Positions 43,677 to 53,696 of a stretch of 64,000 bases of DNA are shown here, in pieces. The stretch's first letter is position 1. Each line of letters starts with the position of its first letter. The notes beneath the pieces were generated by a model that had not been told where the DNA came from, ran no database searches, and worked only from the letters and a program-made list of their open reading frames with translations. The position numbers were made by a program, and so were the translations under genes. The DNA is taken from the NCBI GenBank assembly GCA_963719945.1, contig CAVRDX010000004.1, forward strand, positions 334,402-398,401, in the 5' to 3' direction. The DNA is from an uncultured Thermoplasmata archaeon (lineage in GTDB: Archaea; Thermoplasmatota; Thermoplasmata; UBA10834).

Positions 43677-45386
43677 ATGACGCTCTTCTCTAAACGAACG
43701 GTGTTGTTTTTGCTTGTAGCATTGGTAGTCATATCCATCGCTTTCCGATATCCTTTGGTGGAACACGAACGATATCAAACCGATTCATACTACATCCACC
43801 TCCTATCGGATTCGATTATCAGGGATGGGAGTGCGCCATGGGTGTTTCATCCTCTTTCCTACTTCGGCTATTTCCCGTTCTCATATCCCTCTGGGGTGCC
43901 ATTCGTAATATCGGAATTCTCCATGATATCTGGTCTCAACATAGAGTGTTCAATACTGATTTTGGATATGATCATCGCGATGATATTCTGTCTTGGAGTG
44001 TTCATGTTGGCCAGGCAATTCGTCACGAGGTCCGAACATGCTCTCTTCGTGGTGTTCTTCGCTATGCTTGGAGCAAGATTCATTGACACATCCTACTTCG
44101 ATGGTAGCGCGCGCGGTCCTATGATAATACTCATCACACTCAGCCTATTCGTGATCTTCCGTGCGAATCAGATGAGATGCTGGAAATTGTACGCACTCGG
44201 TTTTATCTTATGCTTAGGCTGTCTAGCAACCCATCACATGGCTGTCTTATTGATACTCTTCGCCGCCGCATACATGATATCCATTATTTCGACCCACCAT
44301 GTTCCCATGATCCTGCATATCAATAAGCGATTGGCTGTTGTCAGCGCTCATATATTGATATTCATGGGCGTCTTCTCGGTGGCATTTTTGGCGTTCGACT
44401 TCTTTGGAAACCTTGCATTCAGGAATCTCGAGACCACTTCTCTTTTCGATATCGACCCTCCTACACTCTCCGTGTTGCTGAACATGGCAGCGAGCTATAC
44501 TAATCAGATCGGTTTCATTCTGCCAATTGCGCTAATCGGTCTCGTCTATACTCTGAGGTACTCCAATCTGACGCCAAAAAGCATGTATCCCTTGGGAGTC
44601 TTGATTGCATTCGTCCCCATCCTTGGCAACACTCTGTACGTGTCGATGATCATTGCTCCATTCGTCGCGATTCTCGGGGTTCAGATGATAGATCGGATGA
44701 TGCACGGTCAGGGATTTCGCCGTATGAAACAGATATTTGTGATAGCACTGATCATCGCCACCGTGGCGCTACCCATATTGTCCGTAGATAGATGGAATGA
44801 TGTAGCCTTCTTGAGTGGGGATAAGGTGGAAGTCAGTAACCAGGTCTTCAACGACGCTGCCTACCTTAGAGTCGAAAACGATGGTGATTATGCGATCGCT
44901 AATGTCAACACTCAAACCCTTAGTCTATTCTCTCTCAGCAGGACGAGGTTCCTGAGTTCAGGTATCTACCTAACGATAAATGGTGATTTAACCAGCAAGG
45001 ACGTCCGCGATAATATCACCTGGCAATCATCGATTTTTCCTAGCAATCTATACAAATGGTTCGAGTATCCCGACGAGCCCAACGTGGATTCGTATGTTCG
45101 TGGATTGATGACCATCGGTTTGGGTTCCCTGTCCGGACCAAGTAGCTCCAAATCTACGTCGGATTATTTTGCTGCTCACAGCCGATTGATTATCGTGGTG
45201 GACACAAGATGGTCATCCGAGTTCATAACCAGCTATTCGATACTTCCAGCCAACTTTCTATCCGAACTACAGATGAGCCATTCACAATTGAGCACGGAAG
45301 ATGGCGATTCATCCAAGACATTCCAGAGCTACTCTTACTACTCAAGTGGAGGAATGACTGCCTATATGGTGCAGCTCCCGCTGTGA
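43677..45386 (+). CDS. polytopic membrane protein with C-terminal soluble domain (GT-C-like architecture), family unassigned; paralog of 56739..58421
   Basis: About 12 TM helices followed by about 190 aa of soluble sequence. Shares RYQTDSYYIHLLSDSIIRDG, IIAMI and LATHHMAV with the paralog. ORF open from GTG 43665. First ATG at 43677. Confidence 0.7.
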   Translation: MTLFSKRTVLFLLVALVVISIAFRYPLVEHERYQTDSYYIHLLSDSIIRDGSAPWVFHPLSYFGYFPFSYPSGVPFVISEFSMISGLNIECSILILDMIIAMIFCLGVFMLARQFVTRSEHALFVVFFAMLGARFIDTSYFDGSARGPMIILITLSLFVIFRANQMRCWKLYALGFILCLGCLATHHMAVLLILFAAAYMISIISTHHVPMILHINKRLAVVSAHILIFMGVFSVAFLAFDFFGNLAFRNLETTSLFDIDPPTLSVLLNMAASYTNQIGFILPIALIGLVYTLRYSNLTPKSMYPLGVLIAFVPILGNTLYVSMIIAPFVAILGVQMIDRMMHGQGFRRMKQIFVIALIIATVALPILSVDRWNDVAFLSGDKVEVSNQVFNDAAYLRVENDGDYAIANVNTQTLSLFSLSRTRFLSSGIYLTINGDLTSKDVRDNITWQSSIFPSNLYKWFEYPDEPNVDSYVRGLMTIGLGSLSGPSSSKSTSDYFAAHSRLIIVVDTRWSSEFITSYSILPANFLSELQMSHSQLSTEDGDSSKTFQSYSYYSSGGMTAYMVQLPL

Positions 45387-45499
45387 GCCAACTTCACGTT
45401 CTTTCCCCGCGATTATCGATTCGTAAAACGCTTCGTTTATGCCGGTGACACTATCCTGATTAGTCATCTTATCCTCGATTTTCGGAGGCTTCGCCCTCT

Positions 45500-46681
45500 T
45501 TACTGAAGTGCTTCCTCGTATATTCTCTTCAGTTGCCTATTGCGTTCTCCTATGCTGAACCTTCCATTCGTCGCCATTTCGAGGGACTTCCTGGACATCT
45601 TCTCTCTCAGCCTACTGTCGTCTATCAGAGTCCTAAGATGCTCTTCGATTTGATCCACAACAGGTTCGAATATCTTCTCTGATAAGATTGCGCTCCGGTA
45701 CCTCTCCACGCTTCTTTGTGTTCTGACTTGTGGTTGTCCTTCGAATGCGCAGATGGGCGCAGTAATCAGATACCCGTTCATTCCGTGATTGACAATCTCG
45801 CGCTGGGCGTAGACATTAGCTGCAATGATCGGCAGTCCACACGCCATGGCTTCGATGAATACGAAACCAAACACCTCCATGTAGGAGCACATTGCAAACA
45901 CATCAGCTGCAGGAAAGAACTCTTCTATCAATCGTCTTCTACTTACACCGGGAACGTACCAATTGGCCCATGGCGCCTTGTTGTGTTTCATGAATTCTTG
46001 AAGCGCTTCTTTGTGATGTGGCGGTGCATTGGTCACGATATCCAACGCGATGTCGTATTTTGGCGCGAGCCTCTCAACGGCCCTGTAGATGTCCCTTCCA
46101 CCTTTATCGAAGAAATGGTTCCCAATGAAGAGTATTCTGAACGGTCCGTTATCTCTATCCCTTCGTTGTATGAATCTCTCAGGATTTATCGCGGGATACA
46201 TTACTTCAAATTTGGATGAGATGGATTCATCCAATTTCATCCCAAAGCACCATTTCAATCCATTGAGCGTGGATTCCGAGAAACATGTGATCTTCTTGCA
46301 GTTGCTGGATCCGAGAGTCTTTCTCAGTATCCATCTTCTCCTTCTGGACGTGTACCATTCATCGTTTAATCCAAAGAACGATGATGGCATGGAGATGGTA
46401 GTGACCCATGGTCTCGGAACTGTTGGGACAAGACCGCTTATCGTATGGATGATGTCTGCCTTCGAAAGCGTTGGGAGAAACCTCGGGATTCCAAGGGCGT
46501 ACACTGCTCGGTCCGCGAACTTCTTTGCCTCATCAGGAACCACAAACATTCTTTCTCCGGCAGCCTCTCGATTCTTCTGGACGAAGGCCTGGGCATTGGA
46601 GATGATCTGTACGCTCTCGGGCGGCTCCAGGAATAACGACTCGGCGATGGTGTGGCCGCCTGTCCATACTTGCACTCTCAT
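45500..46681 (-). CDS. glycosyltransferase family 4 (GT-B)
   Basis: RILFIGNHFFDKGG... and EVFGFVFIEAMACGLPIIA, the GT4 EX7E region. Confidence 0.85.
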   Translation of the reverse strand: MRVQVWTGGHTIAESLFLEPPESVQIISNAQAFVQKNREAAGERMFVVPDEAKKFADRAVYALGIPRFLPTLSKADIIHTISGLVPTVPRPWVTTISMPSSFFGLNDEWYTSRRRRWILRKTLGSSNCKKITCFSESTLNGLKWCFGMKLDESISSKFEVMYPAINPERFIQRRDRDNGPFRILFIGNHFFDKGGRDIYRAVERLAPKYDIALDIVTNAPPHHKEALQEFMKHNKAPWANWYVPGVSRRRLIEEFFPAADVFAMCSYMEVFGFVFIEAMACGLPIIAANVYAQREIVNHGMNGYLITAPICAFEGQPQVRTQRSVERYRSAILSEKIFEPVVDQIEEHLRTLIDDSRLREKMSRKSLEMATNGRFSIGERNRQLKRIYEEALQ

Positions 46682-46743
46682 TCACATCAAATCCCATTCA
46701 TCTGAGAAACACATCGATTGACGATAATTCCGATTCTAAAGCT

Positions 46744-46775
46744 AATCCGATGTCAATCTCCCCATTCATCGGATT
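46744..46775. repeat. perfect 9-bp inverted repeat in a divergent intergenic region
   Basis: AATCCGATG (46744-52) and CATCGGATT (46767-75), with a 14-nt spacer. Confidence 0.5.
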
Positions 46776-47076
46776 CTCTTCATTGTATCGAATCAATCGG
46801 CTCCCAGATATGGATTTGGATAATTATGCTTTGTCAGGTGCCCTCGTCCACTGTCTTCTCTACAGGACGTGGGTTGAAATCCAACAGTCTTGTCGCAGCA
46901 ATCGCGTTCCAATCGCTCTCAGGTCATGACATATTATCGACACTACAAGCCCCAGCCAACAGTATGATCGAAACCCCAACAGCTTCATGCACATTCAGCC
47001 AACCGAAAACTATAACCTATGAACACATGTCCCCTCACAAGCACATTTCCCAGCGAAGCTGTTTGGATGGAAAGTC

Positions 47077-48552
47077 ATGGTGTCGCGACAAGATTCAAGC
47101 ATGGGAACGATTGCAAAAGCCTTCACAATCACTGGTTTCGGAATGATAGCTGCAAGCGCTATCGGATTGGTCAAGACGAGAGTCATTGCCACACTCCAGG
47201 GAACCGAAGGAGTAGGACTCCTTGGCCAATTCTTGAGCCTTCACGCCCTGATAGCTGGAATCGCAGCTCTTGGCCTGGGAACGGGGCTCATAAAGTACCT
47301 GAGCCAGTACTTGGAGTCAAATGAATATGACCGGATATCGAAGTCGGTCTCTTCTGCAATAAGCCTCGTGATATGTACCTCGATATCAGCTGCCATCATT
47401 CTGATTGTTCTCTCCAAATGGATATCATCTCTCCTTGTGGGCGACGATTCTGCCTGGCTATACGTAACCATAATCGCGATTTCCATACCACTCGCATCCT
47501 TGACGACGATATTCAACAGCCTCATCAATGGTGCAAGAGCAATCAAACCTCTTGCGCGCGCCTCAGTGTACTCTCAATTTGTAGCTCTTCTCGTCGCAGT
47601 CCCTGCGGTCTACTTCTTAGGCAAGATTGGCGTGATAATCCAGATTGTAACTGCCGCGGCAATCGTTTTCATCATCAACTTCTCTATCAGCCGAGAGATA
47701 AAGAAGACCTGGCCTGTCGACATTCGACCTTTTCGATTCGATGCAGAGGAATCCAAGCTCCTCTTACACTATGGGGCAGTCTCCACGCTAACTGGACTGA
47801 TGCTCCCATTGACATTATTGATAACGCAGACCGCCGTGATTCGCCAAGAAGGTCTGTCAGAGAACGGATTATTTACTGCTTCTTGGTCTCTGTTCTGGTT
47901 ATATGTTGCATTTGCCACGACCTCGGTCGTCACATACCTGTTTCCCACGATGAGTGCCACGAAGGAGAATCGTGATCTATCCCTGCAGGTGAACAATGGT
48001 GTCAGATTCTTGGCAATCGCTACGACACCCATTTCATGTTTGATTGTCTTGATTCCTGGAACGATTCTAACCCTGCTCTACTCGCCGGAGTTCGCGGACG
48101 CCTCGTGGTTGCTGCAGATGATGGCTATTGCGGGCGCATTCAGGATCATCTCTTTTCCGATATCTATCACTCTCGTAGCAAAGAAACGTCTGAAGGAATA
48201 CCTCCCGATAGAAGTCAGTTGGTACCTTGTGTTCGCAGGAGTAGTGATAACACTACTCCCAACCATGGGCATTGAGGCGATTGGCCTTGCAGTGCTCGCA
48301 GCATATATCATCCATACTGTACTATTTGTTGTGTTTGTGAAGAGGATCCTCGGGCTTTTCTATTGGATGAAGAACTGGATAATCCTCACAACGTCAACAG
48401 TCTTGATCATCTCGTTATTCGTCGTGAACATTTATGATCCATTCGTATCCTACGTATTCGGGGCACTGACCGTTCCTATCTGGCTATATTATGCAACTGA
48501 TAAAGCTGAGCGAAGATGGGCAGTATCCAAACTGCTCAGGAAGTCCTCCTAA
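47077..48552 (+). CDS. MOP-superfamily polysaccharide flippase (Wzx-like)
   Basis: About 12-14 TM helices. N-terminal FTITGFGMIAASAIGLVKTRVIATLQGTEGVGLLGQF is typical of Polysacc_synt proteins. Confidence 0.85.
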   Translation: MVSRQDSSMGTIAKAFTITGFGMIAASAIGLVKTRVIATLQGTEGVGLLGQFLSLHALIAGIAALGLGTGLIKYLSQYLESNEYDRISKSVSSAISLVICTSISAAIILIVLSKWISSLLVGDDSAWLYVTIIAISIPLASLTTIFNSLINGARAIKPLARASVYSQFVALLVAVPAVYFLGKIGVIIQIVTAAAIVFIINFSISREIKKTWPVDIRPFRFDAEESKLLLHYGAVSTLTGLMLPLTLLITQTAVIRQEGLSENGLFTASWSLFWLYVAFATTSVVTYLFPTMSATKENRDLSLQVNNGVRFLAIATTPISCLIVLIPGTILTLLYSPEFADASWLLQMMAIAGAFRIISFPISITLVAKKRLKEYLPIEVSWYLVFAGVVITLLPTMGIEAIGLAVLAAYIIHTVLFVVFVKRILGLFYWMKNWIILTTSTVLIISLFVVNIYDPFVSYVFGALTVPIWLYYATDKAERRWAVSKLLRKSS

Positions 48553-48638
48553 TGAATACGAATTGACGATATCAAAGCAATCGCAGGGGCGAAAGGGTTA
48601 TGCGACCATTTGGTATTGAGGGAGACTGAGGACTCGAT

Positions 48639-49764
48639 ATGGCTGCCAAGAGCAAAGGTTCCAGAACGCATTTCAAACCAATACCAATCATGCGACCTTC
48701 TATGCCGCCAATTGAGAACTACATGAAACGAGTCCGAAAGATTTGGGACTGTCGCATGCTCTCCAACTTTGGCGAAAACGCAGCCGAATTGGAGGACGGG
48801 AGCTCGTAAATATCTTGGAAACAAGCATGTACTCTCAGTCTCCAGCTGCGACACCGCTCTGATCCTCGGCCTTGCGGCGCTTCATATACCTCCGGGAAGC
48901 GAATGCATTGTGACCCCGTTCACATTCAACTCGACAATCAATTCCATAATATGGAATGGACTCCGCCCCCGATTTGCAGACATAGATCCATTCACATTCA
49001 ATTTATGTCCTGATGAAGTCGAGCGGGCAATCACCGAACAGACTAAGGCAATCGTAGCTACGCATGTCTTTGGAAACCCATGCGACATCAAGGAACTCCG
49101 GAGAATCGCTGATGAACACAACCTTCACCTGGTGTTCGATGCGGCCCACGCATATGGCAGTTTATACAAACGCAAGAAGATTGGCGCGTTCGGTGAAGTG
49201 GAGGCGTTCAGTCTCAGTGGTACCAAGCTCGTTACCGGTGGTGAGGGAGGGCTCTTTGCGACGACAGACGGCGAGCTAGCCGAGAAGTTCAAGTTCTTGC
49301 GCAACTACGGGTTCTACGGAGACTACAGTTCGATCTACGTGGGTTTAAACGGCAAGATGTCCGAACTGAATGCGGCCCTAGCATGCCTCACGATCGAGAC
49401 GATTGAGGATGCGATAGCAAGCCGAAACAGGATTGCCAGCGCATACATGAATGGTCTATGCGACATCGATGGCGTGGCGTTCCAGTCAATAGATGGGCAG
49501 TCTCGGTGCGCATACAAAGACTTCGGTATCCGAATCAAGAAAGGTCGTAATAGGGTTGAGAGGGCGCTCTCAGCGAAGATGATTCAAACGAAACGCTACT
49601 TCCTCCCGGCTCACAATATGCCCGCTTATGCCGAATATTCAAAGAAGTCTCTACCAGAGACCGAACGACTCCACAGTGAGATTCTGTGCCTCCCCATATT
49701 CAACGAGATGGATGATTCTTCTGTTCAGATTGTGTGTGAGGCAATCAAGGCTAGCTTGAGGTAG
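48639..49764 (+). pseudogene. DegT/DnrJ/EryC1-family sugar aminotransferase interrupted by a +1 frame change near 48801
   Basis: Frame 0: MAAKSKGSRTHFKPIPIMRPSMPPIENYMKRVRKIWDCRMLSNFGENAAELEDGSS then stop at 48807-09. Frame +1 continues ..ARKYLGNKHVLSVSSCDTALILGLAAL...FSLSGTKLVTGGEGG (PLP Lys). Joined, they form a normal DegT N-terminus. Confidence 0.75.
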
Positions 49765-49766
49765 GG

Positions 49767-50903
49767 ATGGATACGCATACGATGAGAGCCGCAGCTACGA
49801 GATGTGTCCGAAGCGGGACGAGCATCGTTAAGAGGCTCGCGTTGAGGTATTCTGTTGGGCAGTGGAGAATACGCAGAACCCAGAACAGACGGTTGAAGAC
49901 AGACTTCGATCCTGTCGCAGAGAAACTAATTGTCATTCTGACGCCAGGCAACGACACCGTCACTGGTGGAATCCTGTCGATTGCGTCGATATTTGCAGAA
50001 ACCATGAAATTGAAAGGTCTACACCAATCCGAGGTTCTGATGTGTACTGTTCCAGGCGATCCTCTATTATTGAATTATACCAAGTTCAAGAACGACAACC
50101 ACCTCTTCGAGTTTTCAGGGATCTTGAACCACTTCACGAATCTTAACGAGATTATGATTCACATCCCAGAGTACTGCATAAAGCAATTCCTCCGGAACCT
50201 CTCATCTGAGGATTGCCAGAATCTGAAGAAGATCAAAACGATCCGAATTAATGTCATGCTGCAGAATATCAAACTCCTCTCAGATTTCAAATTGCCCGCA
50301 TCTCTGAAAGAATTCGGGTTAGTGACTTGCACCACTGCCCACGAGCAGTATTCATCGCTGGAGATTAGGACGAGCCTTGGTGTGCCGCTGCACAAGTTGT
50401 CAGTATACCTGAGTCCTGAGCAATACTCATGCTCGAAATTCATTGAGAGGAGTGACCTGATGATTGTGTCACCCGACACGAATCCGCGCAAATCTGATAT
50501 CTTGGGTCTGATCTCGAAGGAATTTCCTTCAATGCAAATTCAGATTATTCAGAACCTGACGTACGATGAGTTCAAGACGGCAATTTCACACGCTAAATGG
50601 GCTTTGACCTTCGGCGAAGGATTAGATGGCTACTTTGTCGAAACGATATTTAGCGGGGGAATTGGTTTTGCTGTCTACAATTCAGACTTCTTCACACAGA
50701 ATTTCAAGTCTCTGCAGACAGTGTATGAGAGCTACGATGCATTGGCAAAGAGAATTTGCTCAGATATCTGCGAACTCAATAGGGAGAACGAGTATTCGGA
50801 ATATCAGAGTAAGCAATTCGCTCTTTGTGCAAAATACTACAACTATGGTGACTATATCCTCAATCTGAAATTGTTCTACGAGGGCAAGTACACTTATCCT
50901 TAG
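49767..50903 (+). CDS. hypothetical protein (378 aa), possibly a very divergent GT-B-like enzyme
   Basis: No clear motif. VILTPGNDTVTGGILSIASI and TFGEGLDGYFVETIFSGGIGFAV vaguely recall GT-B N- and C-terminal motifs. Starts 3 nt after the DegT stop. Confidence 0.55.
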   Translation: MDTHTMRAAATRCVRSGTSIVKRLALRYSVGQWRIRRTQNRRLKTDFDPVAEKLIVILTPGNDTVTGGILSIASIFAETMKLKGLHQSEVLMCTVPGDPLLLNYTKFKNDNHLFEFSGILNHFTNLNEIMIHIPEYCIKQFLRNLSSEDCQNLKKIKTIRINVMLQNIKLLSDFKLPASLKEFGLVTCTTAHEQYSSLEIRTSLGVPLHKLSVYLSPEQYSCSKFIERSDLMIVSPDTNPRKSDILGLISKEFPSMQIQIIQNLTYDEFKTAISHAKWALTFGEGLDGYFVETIFSGGIGFAVYNSDFFTQNFKSLQTVYESYDALAKRICSDICELNRENEYSEYQSKQFALCAKYYNYGDYILNLKLFYEGKYTYP

Positions 50904-50906
50904 TGA

Positions 50907-50920
50907 CCGGACGAGTCCGG
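50907..50920. terminator. short GC hairpin between convergent genes
   Basis: CCGGA-cgag-TCCGG lies 4 nt after stop 50903. Confidence 0.35.
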
Positions 50921-51013
50921 CTGGTCTGGCTCAAGGAATAACTACTACTAATGCACCTTCGAAGAGTTGAACATCTTGGAACCTCTGGCATATGCAGCTC
51001 TATCCCGTCTATC

Positions 51014-51814
51014 CTAAAGCGAATTCTTGTACTCTTCGATTCTGTCATACAAGTCGAAGTCAATCACACCCAATGAGCGGATATCCTCCGCGTCGAAGTC
51101 AGTTGGTACGCTGTCAACCTGTTGCTTCTGAAAGTCCTCAATCTCCAAGGGACTGATCTTTGAGCTGAGAAAATCCGCGATTTCGCGAAAGCTCGTCTCC
51201 TTTCCCGAGACAATGTTCAAGGTTCTTCCGAAGAGTGATTCGTCCCCAAGCATTCTCGCCACATATCCAGTCGCGATATCCAATGGAATATAGTCACGTT
51301 TAGCCTTCCCATTGTTCAAAACGGTTATCTTCTTCTTGGTGACAGCATCGAACACAAGCCGAGACAATCCATCTCTAGCTGGATTCCTGCAGAACAACGT
51401 TGAAAAACGCACAATAGTGGTTGATATTCCCGATCGAGAGCATAGTATCTCCGAGATATATTTCGAGAGCGCATAGTCCGTCATCTCCCAGAATTCAAGA
51501 TAGTCTCTTGCCGCCACTTTATTCTTTTTTCGTAGGACGCTCATGCTGCTAAGATATACGAAATGCACATTGGGATTCTCTTTGCCAAGATGGTCCAAGA
51601 TCTCCTTTGTCAGAAGAGTGTTCGATTCGAGTAGTTCATCACGATTGCCTTTGAGCAGTCCTCCACAATGCACGAACACTTCGCATTCAGAAAGCTTGGT
51701 TCGATGTTGTTCCTCCATTCTTCCGTATCTCAAGGAGACTGTTTCATAGCGGTCCAGACGCTTTACGAATTCAGAGCCAAATGCTCCACTAGCACCACTG
51801 ATTAGGACCTTCAT
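51014..51814 (-). CDS. NAD(P)-dependent SDR epimerase/reductase
   Basis: MKVLISGASGAFGSEF Rossmann motif and YALSK (YxxxK). Confidence 0.85.
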   Translation of the reverse strand: MKVLISGASGAFGSEFVKRLDRYETVSLRYGRMEEQHRTKLSECEVFVHCGGLLKGNRDELLESNTLLTKEILDHLGKENPNVHFVYLSSMSVLRKKNKVAARDYLEFWEMTDYALSKYISEILCSRSGISTTIVRFSTLFCRNPARDGLSRLVFDAVTKKKITVLNNGKAKRDYIPLDIATGYVARMLGDESLFGRTLNIVSGKETSFREIADFLSSKISPLEIEDFQKQQVDSVPTDFDAEDIRSLGVIDFDLYDRIEEYKNSL

Positions 51815-52803
51815 AACCTGAACCCCTTATGATGCATCATCCACTTGTCCTCAAGCTGTTCGATTGCGCTATAGTCAACGACCAATTCATTCCAATATCT
51901 CAGAATGGCAATCTCTTTGATTTCGTATTTCGGGTTGTCAATTCCCTTAGTAACGAAGTCACAAATCATACGTGGTTCGTTGAATCCCGCCAATGCACGA
52001 CTTGCAGTTGTTCCCGAACATCTTGCATTGAATTCGAAGATCAGCGGTGTTCCATCCCTCACCCGCAGCTGAACGTTGCACGGCCCGAAAGGCTTTAGTG
52101 CGTCGACAACAGATTTGACGTAATCGGAAAGTGCAGAGTTCTTGACGACAAATGCTTTATATGTGTCACCGAAACGGAGCTGGCGCTTCATCAATATCGT
52201 GCCGACGCACCCTTTTCCAAACGACAGGGTACCACATGTGAACTCATCCCCCTCAACATATTCCTGAACAACGTAATTCTCAGGGTCAAGTCCCACAATC
52301 CTGCTCTCGAACTCAGTGCGGTTCTTGACCACATATGTCCCAATTGACCGAGCTCCTCCTTTCTGTGGTTTGAGAAAGATGGGATAGTCCAGTTCGTGCG
52401 AATATTCCGCAAGGTTGTATGTCTCCACTGATGGAAAGCCATTTCTACTAAGGAACCTTGAAGTCTCCAACTTGTCGTCTGCAATACGCACAACGTTGGC
52501 ATCACTGACAACCGGGAATATGCTATTCCGAATCAGCTCGTCTCTTGCATTGGAAATGGGGGCCATTTCTGCATCGAGGCCCGGAAACAGCATTTCGCAG
52601 TCCGCATCCTTACATATGTCGATAATTCTCTCAACGAATCTAGCATCGCTTGCGTAGTAGCCTATATATGATTTCTTAGTGGCATAGAGTCCCGTGCCAA
52701 GGACCTCGCCGTCGATTCCCACCACCTCATATTCAGTCTCCTGCAATGCTTTGATAATACTCTGGCCGACTCCTCCTCCGACTCCAGTCACAGCAACTTT
52801 CAT
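51811..52803 (-). CDS. ATP-grasp ligase (carbamoyl-phosphate-synthase-like pre-ATP-grasp type)
   Basis: MKVAVTGVGGGVGQS.., DKLETSRFL.., YPIFLKPQKGGARSIG, VQEYVEGDEF, EFNARCSG. Start ATG 52803 overlaps the upstream stop. Confidence 0.85.
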   Translation of the reverse strand: MKVAVTGVGGGVGQSIIKALQETEYEVVGIDGEVLGTGLYATKKSYIGYYASDARFVERIIDICKDADCEMLFPGLDAEMAPISNARDELIRNSIFPVVSDANVVRIADDKLETSRFLSRNGFPSVETYNLAEYSHELDYPIFLKPQKGGARSIGTYVVKNRTEFESRIVGLDPENYVVQEYVEGDEFTCGTLSFGKGCVGTILMKRQLRFGDTYKAFVVKNSALSDYVKSVVDALKPFGPCNVQLRVRDGTPLIFEFNARCSGTTASRALAGFNEPRMICDFVTKGIDNPKYEIKEIAILRYWNELVVDYSAIEQLEDKWMMHHKGFRL

Positions 52804-53381
52804 AGTATGTCCTCGAACTTCAGCATCCGGATATCGTTTCCATTGATAATGGTACACCCTCTATGAAAGCCTCTCCTCCCCTTCGTGATTGAACCTGGGT
52901 TCACAACGGTTTTCCCACCATTTTTCCAAACCATTTGCTCATGAGTATGCCCGAAGAATGCATATCGCGTGTCTTCGTGCATTCTGGCAAATATCCTCTC
53001 GATGTCCTCTTCATTTCTGAGATAATCATCACCGATTGAGTGGGTGACATACAAATCCTCATGCCACAGCTCTCGAGGTAAGGATGAGATCTTTATCACC
53101 TGATCCTCTGTTAATGCCTCTCTTGCGTGCTTGATAGAGGTTTGCACCGCTGGATGCTGATGAGACAAATCCTCATCCGTGACAGCCAGTCTGTCCTGAT
53201 TACCCAGAACCACTAAATCTATCTCATCAAGAACATAATCGACGCAGTAATCGATATCTTCTCCGTAGCCTAACATATCTCCACAGAATACGCTGAGATC
53301 AACCTCATCGAGCAAAGGAGCTATGCTGGATAATGCGCTCTTGCAGGCATGAAGGTCTGAGAATACCAATATTCGCCTCAT
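52800..53381 (-). CDS. metallophosphoesterase (YfcE/MJ0936-like)
   Basis: ILVFSDLH, FCGDMLGYG, VLGNQD and FFGHTH motifs in canonical order. Start placed at MRRILVF (ATG 53381). Confidence 0.85.
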   Translation of the reverse strand: MRRILVFSDLHACKSALSSIAPLLDEVDLSVFCGDMLGYGEDIDYCVDYVLDEIDLVVLGNQDRLAVTDEDLSHQHPAVQTSIKHAREALTEDQVIKISSLPRELWHEDLYVTHSIGDDYLRNEEDIERIFARMHEDTRYAFFGHTHEQMVWKNGGKTVVNPGSITKGRRGFHRGCTIINGNDIRMLKFEDIL

Positions 53382-53696
53382 GGCAGAGCCTCTGAAGTGC
53401 GCCAGTGGTGGATAATTCTTGCGCTTGTAGGGTTCGGATAGAGCGCGAACCTTCAAGTTCGACCAGCTGAAATCATCTTACATGGAAATCCCATATGTGC
53501 ATCCTAATTGGGACGCAGCCTTGATGGGTTAATTGTCTAATAGCATGCTTGACGTGTCGGACTCAAAGTTTTGAACCGCTCGTTAGAATTATTCACAACG
53601 AACATCTTATCATCCCCGAACCCTTGCCTATTCTAACCCGTTCGATGCATATTGCAGGATGATTTCCTAAGGCCACTCGCTTGGGAATCCGATCCC

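Noticed and set aside
46718-47146. The 142-codon ORF in the 395-nt spacer before the flippase gene.
   Set aside because: It is Ser/Cys/His-rich with no motif, overlaps the flippase start, and occupies a divergent promoter region containing an inverted repeat.
48795-48812. Programmed +1 ribosomal frameshifting as the explanation for the recurrent one-base excesses (DegT, PKD/TSP3, AglH-like, TIM barrel).
   Set aside because: The sites share no common slippery heptamer or stimulatory structure. The contexts differ (ATAGTCC, GGGAGCT, GCATCTAG, GGCAGATG). Indel error or decay is more parsimonious, but this is kept as a question in the findings.
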